The notes beneath the pieces were generated by a model. That model was not told the DNA's origin, made no database searches, and saw only the letters and a list, made by a program, of their open reading frames with translations. A stretch of 64,000 bases of DNA from Methanomassiliicoccales archaeon (GTDB lineage Archaea; Thermoplasmatota; Thermoplasmata; Methanomassiliicoccales; UBA472), in NCBI GenBank assembly GCA_036504055.1, contig DASXVU010000038.1, positions 92 to 64,091 of the forward strand. Reading direction: 5' to 3'. Of this stretch, positions 46,532-56,792 are shown piece by piece (position 1 is the stretch's first letter; each line of letters begins with the position of its first letter). The position numbers were made by a program, and so were the translations under genes.

Positions 46532-47605
46532 ATGCGCGTCGCCTTGATCACGTTCAATATATCCGGTGGGCTCAATCACTATATCGCATGTTTGGCCAAT
46601 GAACTGTCGAAGATATGCGAGCTACGCGTGTTCACTCCGTACGGGTTCGATAAAAGCTGGATCGACAATGTGGATATCCACGAGATGCCGATCCCCAACA
46701 GCAAGGCCGCCTTTGGCCGTATGATCTTCCATCCCCAAAGGTTCCTGGAAATGTTCGATGAGATCCGGGACTTCAGGCCAGACATCATCCATATCAATGA
46801 GAGGAATCTTGGGTTCTTTCCGGTCCTGAGGATGTTCGACAACAAGAAGATCGTCCTGACCATCCACGATCCAGTCCGCCACATCGGCTCCGGTTCCTGG
46901 TATTCCGGAATAGAGACCGCAGCTTTCATGAACATGGCACAGAACATCATCGTCCATGGAGAGAAGTTCAGAAAATGCTATCCCAACAAGCAGGTGTTCG
47001 TGATCCCGCACGGTGAGTATGGGCGTTTCCAGGGGACCACTAATGACGTCCCCGAGGAGCCGGATACGCTGCTGTTCTTCGGCAGGATCACCATGTACAA
47101 GGGGATAGACATCCTGATCAAGGCGATGAAGGACGTATGGAGCGCCCGGCCTCAGACCAGATTGATCATCGCCGGGAACGGCGACCTGAAGGCCCTCGGG
47201 ATCGATACCACCGGCGAGGACAGGATCGAGGTGCTCAACAGCTATATCCCTAACGAAGAGGTCTCCAAGCTCTTCCAACGAGCCTCCGTTGTCGTGCTGC
47301 CCTATATCGAAGGGACGCAGAGCGGGGTGCTGGCGACCTCATTGGCACTAGGCAAGCCGACCATCGCCACCCGGGTGGGATGCTTCGAGGAGACCCTCGC
47401 GGACGGCAAGAACGGCATACTGGTCGATCCCGGGGACGATAAGGCCCTGAGCAAGGCCATAATCGAGCTTCTTGCGAACGATGACCTGAGGAAGGATATC
47501 GGGAAGAGGGCCAAGGAATATTCCGATGCGTACCTACAATGGGCCCCGATCGCCAAAGTGACGCTGGAATCCTATCAGAAGGTCCTGGACGGCAGCCATA
47601 AGTAG
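46532..47605 (+). CDS. GT4-family glycosyltransferase (GT-A in my notes)
   Basis: I prefer ATG 46532 (MRVALITFNISGGLNHY). C-terminal PYIEGTQSGVLATSLALGKPTIATRVGCFEETL E-x7-E region. Confidence 0.9.
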   Translation: MRVALITFNISGGLNHYIACLANELSKICELRVFTPYGFDKSWIDNVDIHEMPIPNSKAAFGRMIFHPQRFLEMFDEIRDFRPDIIHINERNLGFFPVLRMFDNKKIVLTIHDPVRHIGSGSWYSGIETAAFMNMAQNIIVHGEKFRKCYPNKQVFVIPHGEYGRFQGTTNDVPEEPDTLLFFGRITMYKGIDILIKAMKDVWSARPQTRLIIAGNGDLKALGIDTTGEDRIEVLNSYIPNEEVSKLFQRASVVVLPYIEGTQSGVLATSLALGKPTIATRVGCFEETLADGKNGILVDPGDDKALSKAIIELLANDDLRKDIGKRAKEYSDAYLQWAPIAKVTLESYQKVLDGSHK

Positions 47606-47756
47606 CCATGGACCGGACCGGTCCAGGCCTTGCACCATTTTCCTTTGTGCTTCCTCCAGCTGGAATGATGTCAGCATGGATCGAGTAGATACAATCTGGC
47701 CAGTCCTGTAATTAACGAAGGTTTATGTATCTTCAGATTCCTGACAGTCCACAGTC

Positions 47757-48380
47757 ATGTCAATTGAATCTAAACAGGATTATATTTTCTATATGAAAGC
47801 CGATGAGGTCTCCCTGTTCATCCCGGAAGGGTCATTGGGGCGGATCAGGGAAAGGCTGCTAAATCGGATCTGGAAATTCCAGCGCATTCTCCGTCAGACG
47901 GAGTACTACACGAATTGCAGGAAGGGTAAGATATGGCTGCCTTTCGTGGTGATCATGCAGTATCGTCTCAGCCGTTACGGCTTCAAGCTGGGGTATGAGA
48001 TCCCTCCAAACGTGTTCGGTCCCGGATTGTCGATAGCACACCAGGGATCCATAATCGTCAACCGGTATGCCAGGATCGGAGAGAACTGCCGGATCAACAA
48101 CGGCGTCACCATCGGGACCCAGGCCGGTTTTTCCGACCGGTGTCCCACCATCGGCAAAAACGCGTTCATCGGACCGGGGGCCCAGATCTTCGGGTCCATC
48201 ACCATCGGTGACAATGTGGCGATCGGGGCAAATGCCGTGGTCACCAAATCCTTCCTTGAGGACGGCATCTCGATCGGTGGCGTGCCAGCAAGGAAGATAT
48301 CCGAGAAGGGTTCCAGAAAGCTGCATATCAATTCGATCGAGAGACTGAAGGCCAGGCAGGAAAAGGAATCCAAGAACTGA
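47757..48380 (+). CDS. left-handed beta-helix (hexapeptide) O-acetyltransferase, serine-acetyltransferase-like
   Basis: Hexapeptide run IGENCRINNGVTIG...IGKNAFIGPGAQIFGSITIGDNVAIGANAVV, ending in GGVPARKI. Confidence 0.85.
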   Translation: MSIESKQDYIFYMKADEVSLFIPEGSLGRIRERLLNRIWKFQRILRQTEYYTNCRKGKIWLPFVVIMQYRLSRYGFKLGYEIPPNVFGPGLSIAHQGSIIVNRYARIGENCRINNGVTIGTQAGFSDRCPTIGKNAFIGPGAQIFGSITIGDNVAIGANAVVTKSFLEDGISIGGVPARKISEKGSRKLHINSIERLKARQEKESKN

Positions 48381-48539
48381 GGATCTGTCCGGTCTTTATC
48401 GGTCTTGGGCAACTGAACACATAAGATCGTGATGAATTCTGATCAATGAATTTGATGCCATTCAGTTGACATCGCAACCAGCAATTTTCGGATGTTCTGG
48501 ACGCACCTAATAAATAACATGTTTTACTATCCAGTAGAA

Positions 48540-49661
48540 ATGAAGGTCCTCCGAGTAGCAAGCGATATCTACCCAGACACTCCGGGAGGGCTTGGAATCC
48601 ATGTTCATGAGATGTCCAAGCAGCAAAGCAAGATGGGATACGATGTCACGGTGGTAACATCGATGACGCCGTCCAACAAGAAGCGTTACGAAGAGCGTGA
48701 CGGTTACAAGATCGTCCGTCTGCCGACACCTGTCAGGATGTTGGGTAACTCCTTCCAGATCGGTCTGGTGACCTATCTTCTCCAGAATCGTTCCAAGTTC
48801 GATATAATCCACGCCCATGCTCATCTTTTCTTTTCAACCAACATCGCGGCCTTGATACGCAGAACGGGCGGTCCGCCCCTCGTGATCACTAACCATGGGG
48901 TCTATTCGACCAGCGCATCCAAGACCCTGCAGGACCTCTATTTCCCGATGGTTGGGATCCCCACGCTGAAGACGGCAGACGCCATCCTTTGCTACACCGA
49001 ACCGGACAAGGAGACGATCCTAAAGTTCGGCGTGCGTGAGGACCGCATCCGCGTCATACACAACGGGATCGACGCTTCCCTGTTCACCCCCGCGGCCAGC
49101 AAACCGGAGATCCCTCAGGTCCTTTGGATGGGCCGGATGGTCAAGGGAAAGGGGCTGGAGTTCCTGATCGAGGCGTTCAGGGACCTTAAGAACAAGGGGA
49201 TCGTGTTCAAGGCGGTGCTGGTGGGCAAGGGGCCGGACCGGGAAAAGGTGGACCAGTCCCTGCTCCAATACGGCCTCAAGGACCAGGTCCGGGTGATAGA
49301 GAACGTGAACCAGGAGAGCGCGGTCCAGCTATACCGGGAATCCACGGTGTTCGCCCTTCCGAGCAACCATGAGGGCATGCCGCGCACGTTGCTCGAGTCC
49401 ATGAGCAGCGGGACCCCGTTCGTCTGCACCGACCTTCCTCAGCTGGTCGACCTGGCAGTGGGATGCGGCCTTACCGCCAAGTATGGTGACGTTGCAGGCA
49501 TCGCCGCCGGGCTGGAGGCGTACCTCACGGACAGGAAACTGGTCGAGGAACAGGGCATGTTCGGGCGGCAGAAGGTGCTGGACCACTACTCCTGGAAGGA
49601 AACGGTCGCCAAGACGGTCGGGGTGTACCATGAGCTGGTGGACGCCCGCACAAGTACATGA
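48540..49661 (+). CDS. GT4-family glycosyltransferase (GT-B in my notes)
   Basis: I prefer ATG 48540 (MKVLRVASDIYPDTPGGLGIHVHE). C-terminal PSNHEGMPRTLLESMSSGTPFVCTD. Confidence 0.9.
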   Translation: MKVLRVASDIYPDTPGGLGIHVHEMSKQQSKMGYDVTVVTSMTPSNKKRYEERDGYKIVRLPTPVRMLGNSFQIGLVTYLLQNRSKFDIIHAHAHLFFSTNIAALIRRTGGPPLVITNHGVYSTSASKTLQDLYFPMVGIPTLKTADAILCYTEPDKETILKFGVREDRIRVIHNGIDASLFTPAASKPEIPQVLWMGRMVKGKGLEFLIEAFRDLKNKGIVFKAVLVGKGPDREKVDQSLLQYGLKDQVRVIENVNQESAVQLYRESTVFALPSNHEGMPRTLLESMSSGTPFVCTDLPQLVDLAVGCGLTAKYGDVAGIAAGLEAYLTDRKLVEEQGMFGRQKVLDHYSWKETVAKTVGVYHELVDARTST

Positions 49662-49812
49662 TCCGGCCTGTCCGCAGTGCGGTATTCCCGTCCCAGGGCG
49701 TCCAGGCAATGCGGACGGTCGAGCATCGTACCAAGTGAAATTCTAAATATCGTCTGGACGATAATGAACCATTAGCGGCGAACCATCTAGAACGGGCTCT
49801 CGACAGGTCGAG

Positions 49813-50841
49813 GTGGACATTCTCAAGGCGATAGCCATAATAGCCATCCTGATCGGTCATCTTCGTCAATACCTGACCATCGAGGCAACCACTATGACCA
49901 CTTTAGTGGCGAGCACTTTCGGATATTTTGGATTAAGCCTGTTCATCTTTGTTTCTGGCTATTCGTTGATGATCAGAAAACCAAGCTTCGATCACCTGAG
50001 CGATCTGAAGAAATTTCTGATAAAGAGAGTTTCCAGGATCTATCCATTGTACTGGATCGTGCTGGTACTTCTCCTGGTCTTTGATGCACTGCCGAAGTCC
50101 GATCTCCTCGGAAATATCATAACGTTCAGCGGATTCCAAATACTGGTCTATCCGGTACTGGTTCAATTCCCGGTATATTGGTTCGTGAGCGCGATCCTGG
50201 TTTTCTATCTGATGTTCCCGGTCATCTTGTACGCGGCGCAGAAAATGCAAAGCCGATTCGAGGTGTCAGTGCTCCTGGTTTCATTGATCCTGTTCGCAGG
50301 ACTGGTGTCCATCAACCTAATATTCGGCACCATCGATATCGCCATCTTCCTTTACTTTTGGCTATTCGTAAGCGGGATCATTATAGGAAACAAGACCAAG
50401 TTATCGGAGATCAAGAGATCGCAGGCGACGATAGCGGAAATAGGTCTGGCTGCCGGCATTCTTTTGATCGGGTCGGTAAAGATCTTCATTTTTCCCGGAG
50501 GGGGATTGCATTTCACCGATCCGTTCGTGACGATCGCCTTGTTCCTGGCGATGGCGATCTCAATAGTGATATCCATTCAATTCGCCCATCTGTTCAAGCG
50601 ATTCGTTAGAGGAAGGATGTCTTTCCTGGTGACCACCATAGCCACATCGACATATGCCATCTACCTTTTCACCGGGCCGGTCCTGGGTGCCCTTACGTCA
50701 GTGATTTCCAATATGGATGAGAATGTCATACGGGTCATAATCATCGTCATCGGCATCCCGCTCGCGTTCATAGTTTCCATATACGCGCAAAAGATGGTGG
50801 ACGGGGTGTTCAGATATAGGTTGAGATCCGGATCTCAATAG
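49813..50841 (+). CDS. membrane acyltransferase family 3 (O-acyl/acetyltransferase)
   Basis: GTG start. VDILKAIAIIAILIGHL with the conserved His, FVSGYSL, and about 10 TM helices. Confidence 0.8.
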   Translation: MDILKAIAIIAILIGHLRQYLTIEATTMTTLVASTFGYFGLSLFIFVSGYSLMIRKPSFDHLSDLKKFLIKRVSRIYPLYWIVLVLLLVFDALPKSDLLGNIITFSGFQILVYPVLVQFPVYWFVSAILVFYLMFPVILYAAQKMQSRFEVSVLLVSLILFAGLVSINLIFGTIDIAIFLYFWLFVSGIIIGNKTKLSEIKRSQATIAEIGLAAGILLIGSVKIFIFPGGGLHFTDPFVTIALFLAMAISIVISIQFAHLFKRFVRGRMSFLVTTIATSTYAIYLFTGPVLGALTSVISNMDENVIRVIIIVIGIPLAFIVSIYAQKMVDGVFRYRLRSGSQ

Positions 50842-50849
50842 GCTACTGG

Positions 50850-51075
50850 TCGACCATGGAGGATGGCAGGAACGGGATGCTTATCGATCCCGGGGAAATC
50901 GAGGGATTGAGCAAAACGATCCTTTAGATATTGACGAATCGACGACCTCAGAAGGATATCGGGAAAATGGCTAAAGGGATCCACCGATAATTTCCTGAAA
51001 TGTGCGCCAATCGCCAGACAAACCCCCTCAAATAATACAATGAGGTTCTTGAAGGAACTCAATGAAGACCATAGT
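50850..51075 (+). pseudogene. C-terminal remnant of a GT4 gene paralogous to 46532..47605
   Basis: The translation STMEDGRNGMLIDPGEIEGLSKTIL*ILTNRRPQKDIGKMAKG then (frameshift) STDNFLKCAPIARQT aligns to LADGKNGILVDPGDDKALSKAIIELLANDDLRKDIGKRAKEYSDAYLQWAPIAKVT. It has an in-frame TAG and a 1-nt frameshift, and the N-terminal ~330 aa are missing. Confidence 0.7.
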
Positions 51076-51092
51076 CAACGATCTTCATTCTT

Positions 51093-51695
51093 TCATTGGT
51101 GTTCCTTTTTTCCTCTGGCGATATCATATCCTTTAATGTAATCATATTGTGAGAACGTCTCCTTTATGATCCGAGCCGGCACTCCACCGATCGTCACTCC
51201 ATCTTTGGTGAATTCACCATGGACGACCGCATTGGCACCAATTGCCACATCATTCCCGACCACTGCGTTATCGAGCAATTTGGCGCCCGGAGCAATATAA
51301 ACGTTGTTGCCGATCTTCGCCCCCGCCGCAATATTAACACAATCGTGTATCCGGCAATTGTATCCTATTTTAGCGGATTCGTTGATGAATATGCATGATC
51401 CATGTATTATGGCCAGGCCTGGTCCGACCGTGTTCAGGGGGATGCCCATCCTCATTTTCAGAGAAATTCGTATCAGTTGGTATTTATGGTATGTCGCGAT
51501 AATTCTGGTGAATATATTATGACTGCAGTTGACATAGTATTCTGTCTTCCTTAATCTTTTTAGAAATTTCCATTCGAGCGGCACTGGAAATGGAATAATA
51601 TTGTCATGGTACCCCAACGAATATCGGTCAGAGTCGAGATACAATTCAAGATCTTCCTTTGATTGGATCATCGGTGAAGAATAGCGACAGCACAT
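51093..51695 (-). CDS. hexapeptide-repeat O-acetyltransferase, paralogue of 47757..48380
   Basis: IGYNCRIHDCVNIAAGAKIGNNVYIAPGAKLLDNAVVGNDVAIGANAVVHG...GGVPARII. Noticeably more AT-rich than its neighbours. ATG 51671 (MIQSKEDLELY) aligns better with the paralogue's N-terminus. Confidence 0.8.
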   Translation of the reverse strand: MCCRYSSPMIQSKEDLELYLDSDRYSLGYHDNIIPFPVPLEWKFLKRLRKTEYYVNCSHNIFTRIIATYHKYQLIRISLKMRMGIPLNTVGPGLAIIHGSCIFINESAKIGYNCRIHDCVNIAAGAKIGNNVYIAPGAKLLDNAVVGNDVAIGANAVVHGEFTKDGVTIGGVPARIIKETFSQYDYIKGYDIARGKKEHQ

Positions 51696-51749
51696 AAACC
51701 ATTTTGTGATTCATTCTCAAATATATCATGACATGCGATGGATATGAAA

Positions 51750-51985
51750 GTGGGAAACCCTTCATCATAGACCGGCCTCAGCAGGTCGACCTGGTCATAA
51801 GACGCGGCCTTACCGCCAATGAGGTGATATCGAAGGGTTTACCGAGGCCTGGAAACGTACCAAACGAACAGAGATCCGGTCGAGGACATGGTCGTCATGG
51901 TCGGCAGAAGGTGCTTGACCACTATTCATGGGGAAAACGGTCGCCTGGACTAGCGAGATCCCTATCGTATTTCCCAATGTGCAAG
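51750..51985 (+). pseudogene. C-terminal remnant of a GT4 gene paralogous to 48540..49661
   Basis: GKPFIIDRPQQVDLVIRRGLTAN ... GRQKVLDHYSW aligns to GTPFVCTDLPQLVDLAVGCGLTAK ... GRQKVLDHYSW. At least two frameshifts are needed to keep the alignment (GLETYQTNRDPVEDM vs GLEAYLTDRKLVEEQ), and there is no N-terminal domain. Confidence 0.65.
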
Positions 51986-52038
51986 AACTGGAAGGAAAGG
52001 CATCATGTTAAAAATGTTGCCTGCCATTCCGATGAACC

Positions 52039-53109
52039 ATGCGGCTCCTCATCGTGACATCCGAGTATGTGAACCTTAGCGCAGACCATAAACGCGGGTC
52101 TGGGATCGCTCGGGTGGTCTTCGAAGCGTCGGAGGAGCTGAAGAAGAACGGGGTGGAGGTGGAGATCTGCTCTCCAGAAGGTCCGCACGTCGTTGTCCCG
52201 TCCACCGGGTTTCCTGGCCGGATCGGTCTGGTCTTCTTCTGGCAGAACGCCCTCAAGGAACTGAGGAAGATCGACCAGAACTATGACGCCATCTGGCTCC
52301 ATAATCCGATACTCTTAAGGAAATATCGAGCAAAGAGGCCGATGGTCGCCACGGTGCATTCCACGTCGCTAGGCAAGAACAGACAGTTCCGCTCCCTGTT
52401 CTTCACCGCATACGTGTTCGTCACCTCCGTCCTGGAGGTATGGTCGAACCGGGAGATCGCACGCTCGGGGTTCGAGGTGACCTGCGTTTCCGAGAGCGTC
52501 TGCAACGAGCTGATCAACATCGGGCCGGAAAGGAAGCGGATCGTCAGGAACGGTTCGATATTCCCAGTCGTCCTCAAGGCTCCGCAGAGCGGGTCACGCA
52601 AAGATGCCAGCTTCCTTTACGTCGGGAGACTGGACAAGATCAAGAACGTGCGAAGGATCATCCGGCTCTACGGGTCCATCAAGAAGGAGGTGGAAGGATG
52701 TTCCCTGGTCATCATCGGGGACGGTCCGGAGTACGCCTCGCTGAGATCTGAGAACAAGGACAGTTCCATCAGTTTCAAGGGTTTCCTCGACCACGATGCC
52801 ATCCTCCCCTATTATGATGAGGCCGAGTTCTTCTTCATGGCCTCGATCTACGAGGGATGCCCGTTGACACTGCTGGACGCGGTCAACCGGGGGCTGAGGT
52901 GCGTCGTCCCGAACATCCCGTCGCTGGCGTTCGTGGAGGACATGGGCCTGGGCAAGTGCTATGACAACGGTGACGACAAGATGGCATCCAGGGAACTGAT
53001 CGACTATGTAAGGCAGAGCTCGGGCAAGCCGAGGACCAACCGGGTCGATTTCACCTGGAAATCGGCTATAGACCAGTACATCGACCTGTTCAAGGGGAAC
53101 AGGGATTGA
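52039..53109 (+). CDS. GT4-family glycosyltransferase
   Basis: MRLLIVTSEY N-terminus, FLYVGRLDKIKN, and C-terminal ASIYEGCPLTLLDAVNRGLRCVVPNIP. Confidence 0.85.
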   Translation: MRLLIVTSEYVNLSADHKRGSGIARVVFEASEELKKNGVEVEICSPEGPHVVVPSTGFPGRIGLVFFWQNALKELRKIDQNYDAIWLHNPILLRKYRAKRPMVATVHSTSLGKNRQFRSLFFTAYVFVTSVLEVWSNREIARSGFEVTCVSESVCNELINIGPERKRIVRNGSIFPVVLKAPQSGSRKDASFLYVGRLDKIKNVRRIIRLYGSIKKEVEGCSLVIIGDGPEYASLRSENKDSSISFKGFLDHDAILPYYDEAEFFFMASIYEGCPLTLLDAVNRGLRCVVPNIPSLAFVEDMGLGKCYDNGDDKMASRELIDYVRQSSGKPRTNRVDFTWKSAIDQYIDLFKGNRD

Positions 53110-53340
53110 TCATCTGGGTCCAAAATGGATATGGGAATAGGTCTTCCTGAATTCCTGGCATTTTGACGGACGACCATATTTCCTTTGTCGGTGTTAACGA
53201 TCTTCACGCTGAAATCGATGTAACGAGATCATTGCTTTCGTTTGTTGAAGGTGTACCAAAATCTTTGACCGGTTGACGAATCATCGGCACTCGGTGTTAA
53301 ACGGAATTCTCTTTATGTTAGATGGATTATTCGACCTTGA

Positions 53341-55377
53341 ATGCACCTGAGAAAATATTCAAGGCAATATTTGATCGACGTAATGCTATTCTTTGCCTTC
53401 GTCGTAACCATATTGACCCAAGAATATTTCCACTACTCCAATCCCTTCGTTTCCGCATTTGACGTCATCTTCATCATCGTTTATCCTGCAAAGTTCATCC
53501 TGGGACTCTTGGACCTCAAGATGAAATCGGTTTCGATCCTCGGGCTCATATGCGCCGCTTCCGGAATCGCCATCATCGATTTCTTTGGCATGTCAATATC
53601 GTTGGTGGGCGGCGTGCTCGGCATGGCCCTCCTCACGAGGGTCAACGTGCTGCTGGTCATGTCAGCGGTCATATTGATCCTGATGGTCATCTCCAAGGAC
53701 CTGAGGATACCATCGACCAAGGTGGACATGCCTCATTACGTGATCCTGTCCGCCCTGCTCGTGGTGATGAGCATACTCGGCTCCGTGATCATGAACCAGT
53801 ACAAGGAGAACATCGTCAGCGTGGCATTCTGGTTCTTGGTGCTGATCACCGCCATGATCCTGGTCCTGAAGAAGGACCTCACGTTGCAGACCAAGATGGT
53901 CATGGTCTTCGCCATAGCCCTTTCCTCGCTCCTCAACTACGTGGTGATATCCGATTTCATCACTGGATATGACATATTCTACGAGTACTCGGTAGCCAAC
54001 ATGACCATATCCCAGGGATATTGGAACATCGACTTCGGATCGAACGTCAATGCGATGCTCAGCATCGGCGTGTTTGCTCCGGTCCTTTCCTGGGTCGGCA
54101 ACATCGATGTGCTGTGGATATTCAAGCTGGTCTATCCGTTCCTGTTCGCCATCGTCCCAGTCGGCGTATATCTGCTGGCATCCAAGATGGCCAATGATAA
54201 TGCCGGTGTGATCGCGGCGCTTCTCTTCATCCTTATCCAGGGTTTCCTGTTCGAGATGCCGTCCCTTGCCCGCCAGGAGATCGGAGAGCTCTTCCTGATC
54301 TCGCTCCTGATCGTGGCCATGTTCGTCGATTTCACCGAGTTCCAGAAGGCCGCGCTGGGCATCATGTTCGGATTCGGCCTGATCACCTCTCATTATGGGA
54401 CGACCTTATTGTTCCTAGGCATTCTGGCCATCTATTACGTGGTCCGGGTGCTGTTCAAGGCAAAGGACAAACCGCTATTCTCCGGGTGGCATGTCCTGAC
54501 CTTAATAGTCATAGAACTGACCTGGCTTCTGTATGTCGGGGCCAAGGGCGTCCTCGGTTCGCTCCATCAGATAGGGAACAGTGTCTACACCTCCGTGGTG
54601 GAGGAGCTTTCCTTCACCAGCAGCGTGGTCGCGGACAGGGTCGGTTCGGCCACGTCATTGGTGCATTCGATCGGCAAGTATGCCTATATCCTGATGGTGG
54701 TGATAGTGGCACTGGGTGTACTGGCCAAGGTGTACCACAAGCGGAAGGGCATCGACAGTTATTCCGCGCTTTGCGTGGGGTTCGGGCTATTGATGGTCAT
54801 ATCCCTGACCGCTTCGAATTTCCTGGTGCTCTTCAGCGACATCAGGATGGTCAGCCTGGTCCTGATCGTGGTCGGGTCCACGTTCTATTTCGGGCTGACC
54901 TGGATCATGGGCCTGCCAGGTCTGAGGAGGTTCAAGAACAGGACCATGCACGTCGCCGCCGTGTTCATAGCGGTCTATCTGCTCTTCAACACCGGACTGG
55001 TCTATGCGCTGACAAATGACGGTCCGACCTCCATAGCGCTCAGCACGGACGTGGTCTATCCGAACTTCACCGATGCGGAGCTCAAGCAGGCGATGTGGAC
55101 GCAAAGCAGCCTCATCTCTGGCCAGATGATCTCCGCCGACCGTATCGGCAGGATCGTCTGCGGTGGGTTCGGATGGTTCAATATAGATCGGGACAATCAT
55201 ATGTTCAACCCTGTCGATCCGGGTGAACTGATGTATCTCGGCCATAATAACTTGGAACAGATGAAATTCTACGATACTAAAGGGCTGGAACATCCCATCT
55301 CGGTGGATTCGCTGTGGGCCAACCCGGTGGTGTATAGTTCCGAGTATTCAAGGACACTGTACATCAACACCAAATGA
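53341..55377 (+). CDS. large polytopic membrane protein with a C-terminal soluble domain (O-antigen-polymerase/GT-C-like; possibly DUF2206-type)
   Basis: 678 aa, about 16 or more hydrophobic helices, then a ~110-aa hydrophilic tail. Its position inside a glycan locus beside a DUF1616-like gene supports the call. The family name is from memory and unverified. Confidence 0.65.
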   Translation: MHLRKYSRQYLIDVMLFFAFVVTILTQEYFHYSNPFVSAFDVIFIIVYPAKFILGLLDLKMKSVSILGLICAASGIAIIDFFGMSISLVGGVLGMALLTRVNVLLVMSAVILILMVISKDLRIPSTKVDMPHYVILSALLVVMSILGSVIMNQYKENIVSVAFWFLVLITAMILVLKKDLTLQTKMVMVFAIALSSLLNYVVISDFITGYDIFYEYSVANMTISQGYWNIDFGSNVNAMLSIGVFAPVLSWVGNIDVLWIFKLVYPFLFAIVPVGVYLLASKMANDNAGVIAALLFILIQGFLFEMPSLARQEIGELFLISLLIVAMFVDFTEFQKAALGIMFGFGLITSHYGTTLLFLGILAIYYVVRVLFKAKDKPLFSGWHVLTLIVIELTWLLYVGAKGVLGSLHQIGNSVYTSVVEELSFTSSVVADRVGSATSLVHSIGKYAYILMVVIVALGVLAKVYHKRKGIDSYSALCVGFGLLMVISLTASNFLVLFSDIRMVSLVLIVVGSTFYFGLTWIMGLPGLRRFKNRTMHVAAVFIAVYLLFNTGLVYALTNDGPTSIALSTDVVYPNFTDAELKQAMWTQSSLISGQMISADRIGRIVCGGFGWFNIDRDNHMFNPVDPGELMYLGHNNLEQMKFYDTKGLEHPISVDSLWANPVVYSSEYSRTLYINTK

Positions 55378-55627
55378 CCCCTGGATATGTGACGCGGTAT
55401 ACGGACCAAGCTCGCTGCCATGTCTCGCGAATAAGGTCGCGATTCATAGTCCGGCAAATTATTGTTTCCCGTCCATATTTTGCTATATCGATCCATCAGT
55501 GTCCGCGGTCAGAGGTCGATGCCAGGATGGTCCATTCAACGGATCCGTTTGATGTAATTGTACAAGGTTGAGTCGGATTTTACCTCAACAATTTATATAT
55601 AGAGTACTTCCTTTTTGTGGCCTACCA

Positions 55628-56614
55628 ATGAAAATGCTGGACCGCAAGAACTGGGACCTATTGTCCATTATCATTCTCGCGTTGCTCTTGATAGGGGCGG
55701 CGTTGGCATTGTCCAGCACGACCTTGCCGATCATCTTGGGCATACCGTTCCTCATTTTCCTTCCGGGATATGCGATATTGTCGGTCCTGTTCCCCGCGCT
55801 CAAGGACCTGAACATCCTCGAGCGGGCGGCCATCTCCTTCGGCATCAGCATCGCCATCATCCCAGTGGTCGGCATCGGTCTCAACGTGACCAAGTTCGGG
55901 GCAATACTGTCATCGATCCTGGCGATCATTTCCGTGATCGCTCTGGTCTTCGCAGTGATCGGACTGGTCATCCGGATAAGAACCCTGAGGCCATATCTTC
56001 CGGTCGCTCCTGGGAAGGCCTGGAGATGGGTCACTTCCTTCGCCCGCAAGGGCGGCAACATGCAGAAGATCGCGAGCGTGGCATTGGTCATAGCCCTCCT
56101 CGGCACGGTGTTCGCCCTGATGTTCGTGGTCGCCAATCCCCCTCAGGGACAGAGCTTCACCGAGTTCTACATCCAGAACAGCGAGGGGAAGGCGACAAAC
56201 TATCCGCACAACCTGGCGGTGGGCCAGGCGGCCTCGGTGACTCTTGGCATAATCAACCACGAGCACCGGCAGGTGAACTACTCCCTGGAGGTCTGGCTGA
56301 CCGGCATCACCATCGTGAACAATGTGACCAGCATACATTCGATGTATCTCTTCGAGACCAGGAACATCAGCCTGGCTCACGTGCCGGTCGATGTCCAGGA
56401 CAACACCACCAGGCAGTACGAGACGAACTACACGTTCCAGGTGCAGCTTCCCGGAGTGTATAAGCTGTTCTTCCTGCTCTATCTCGACCATGAGCCGGCC
56501 CTTCCGGCCGATCCGATCCCGTACAATAACTACGCTGCATCGGAGTCGTTCCGCATCACCGACGCGATAGACAATAACGTGATTAGTCTCAACCTGCCCT
56601 TGAACGTCACCTGA
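55628..56614 (+). CDS. DUF1616-like archaeal membrane protein with an extracytoplasmic beta-rich C-terminal domain
   Basis: I prefer ATG 55628 (MKMLDRKNWDLLSIIILALLL). FLPGYAILSVLFP and ERAAISFGISIAIIPVVG match the DUF1616 pattern as I recall it. Four TM helices, then a domain rich in N-x-S/T sequons. Confidence 0.7.
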   Translation: MKMLDRKNWDLLSIIILALLLIGAALALSSTTLPIILGIPFLIFLPGYAILSVLFPALKDLNILERAAISFGISIAIIPVVGIGLNVTKFGAILSSILAIISVIALVFAVIGLVIRIRTLRPYLPVAPGKAWRWVTSFARKGGNMQKIASVALVIALLGTVFALMFVVANPPQGQSFTEFYIQNSEGKATNYPHNLAVGQAASVTLGIINHEHRQVNYSLEVWLTGITIVNNVTSIHSMYLFETRNISLAHVPVDVQDNTTRQYETNYTFQVQLPGVYKLFFLLYLDHEPALPADPIPYNNYAASESFRITDAIDNNVISLNLPLNVT

Positions 56615-56792
56615 ACGAGCACAGTGCGATCAGGAGGCGGATCTCAAATGCTGTGCATCCTGCGCACTTCTTAGAATTTCAAAGGTATAAGCCTCAAATG
56701 GGAACGAATTCAGAAAATGAACATGATGGGCTTGCCGGACCCGAATAGATTTGATGCAAGTATGCCATTCAATAAAATATGAAAATGAAAGT

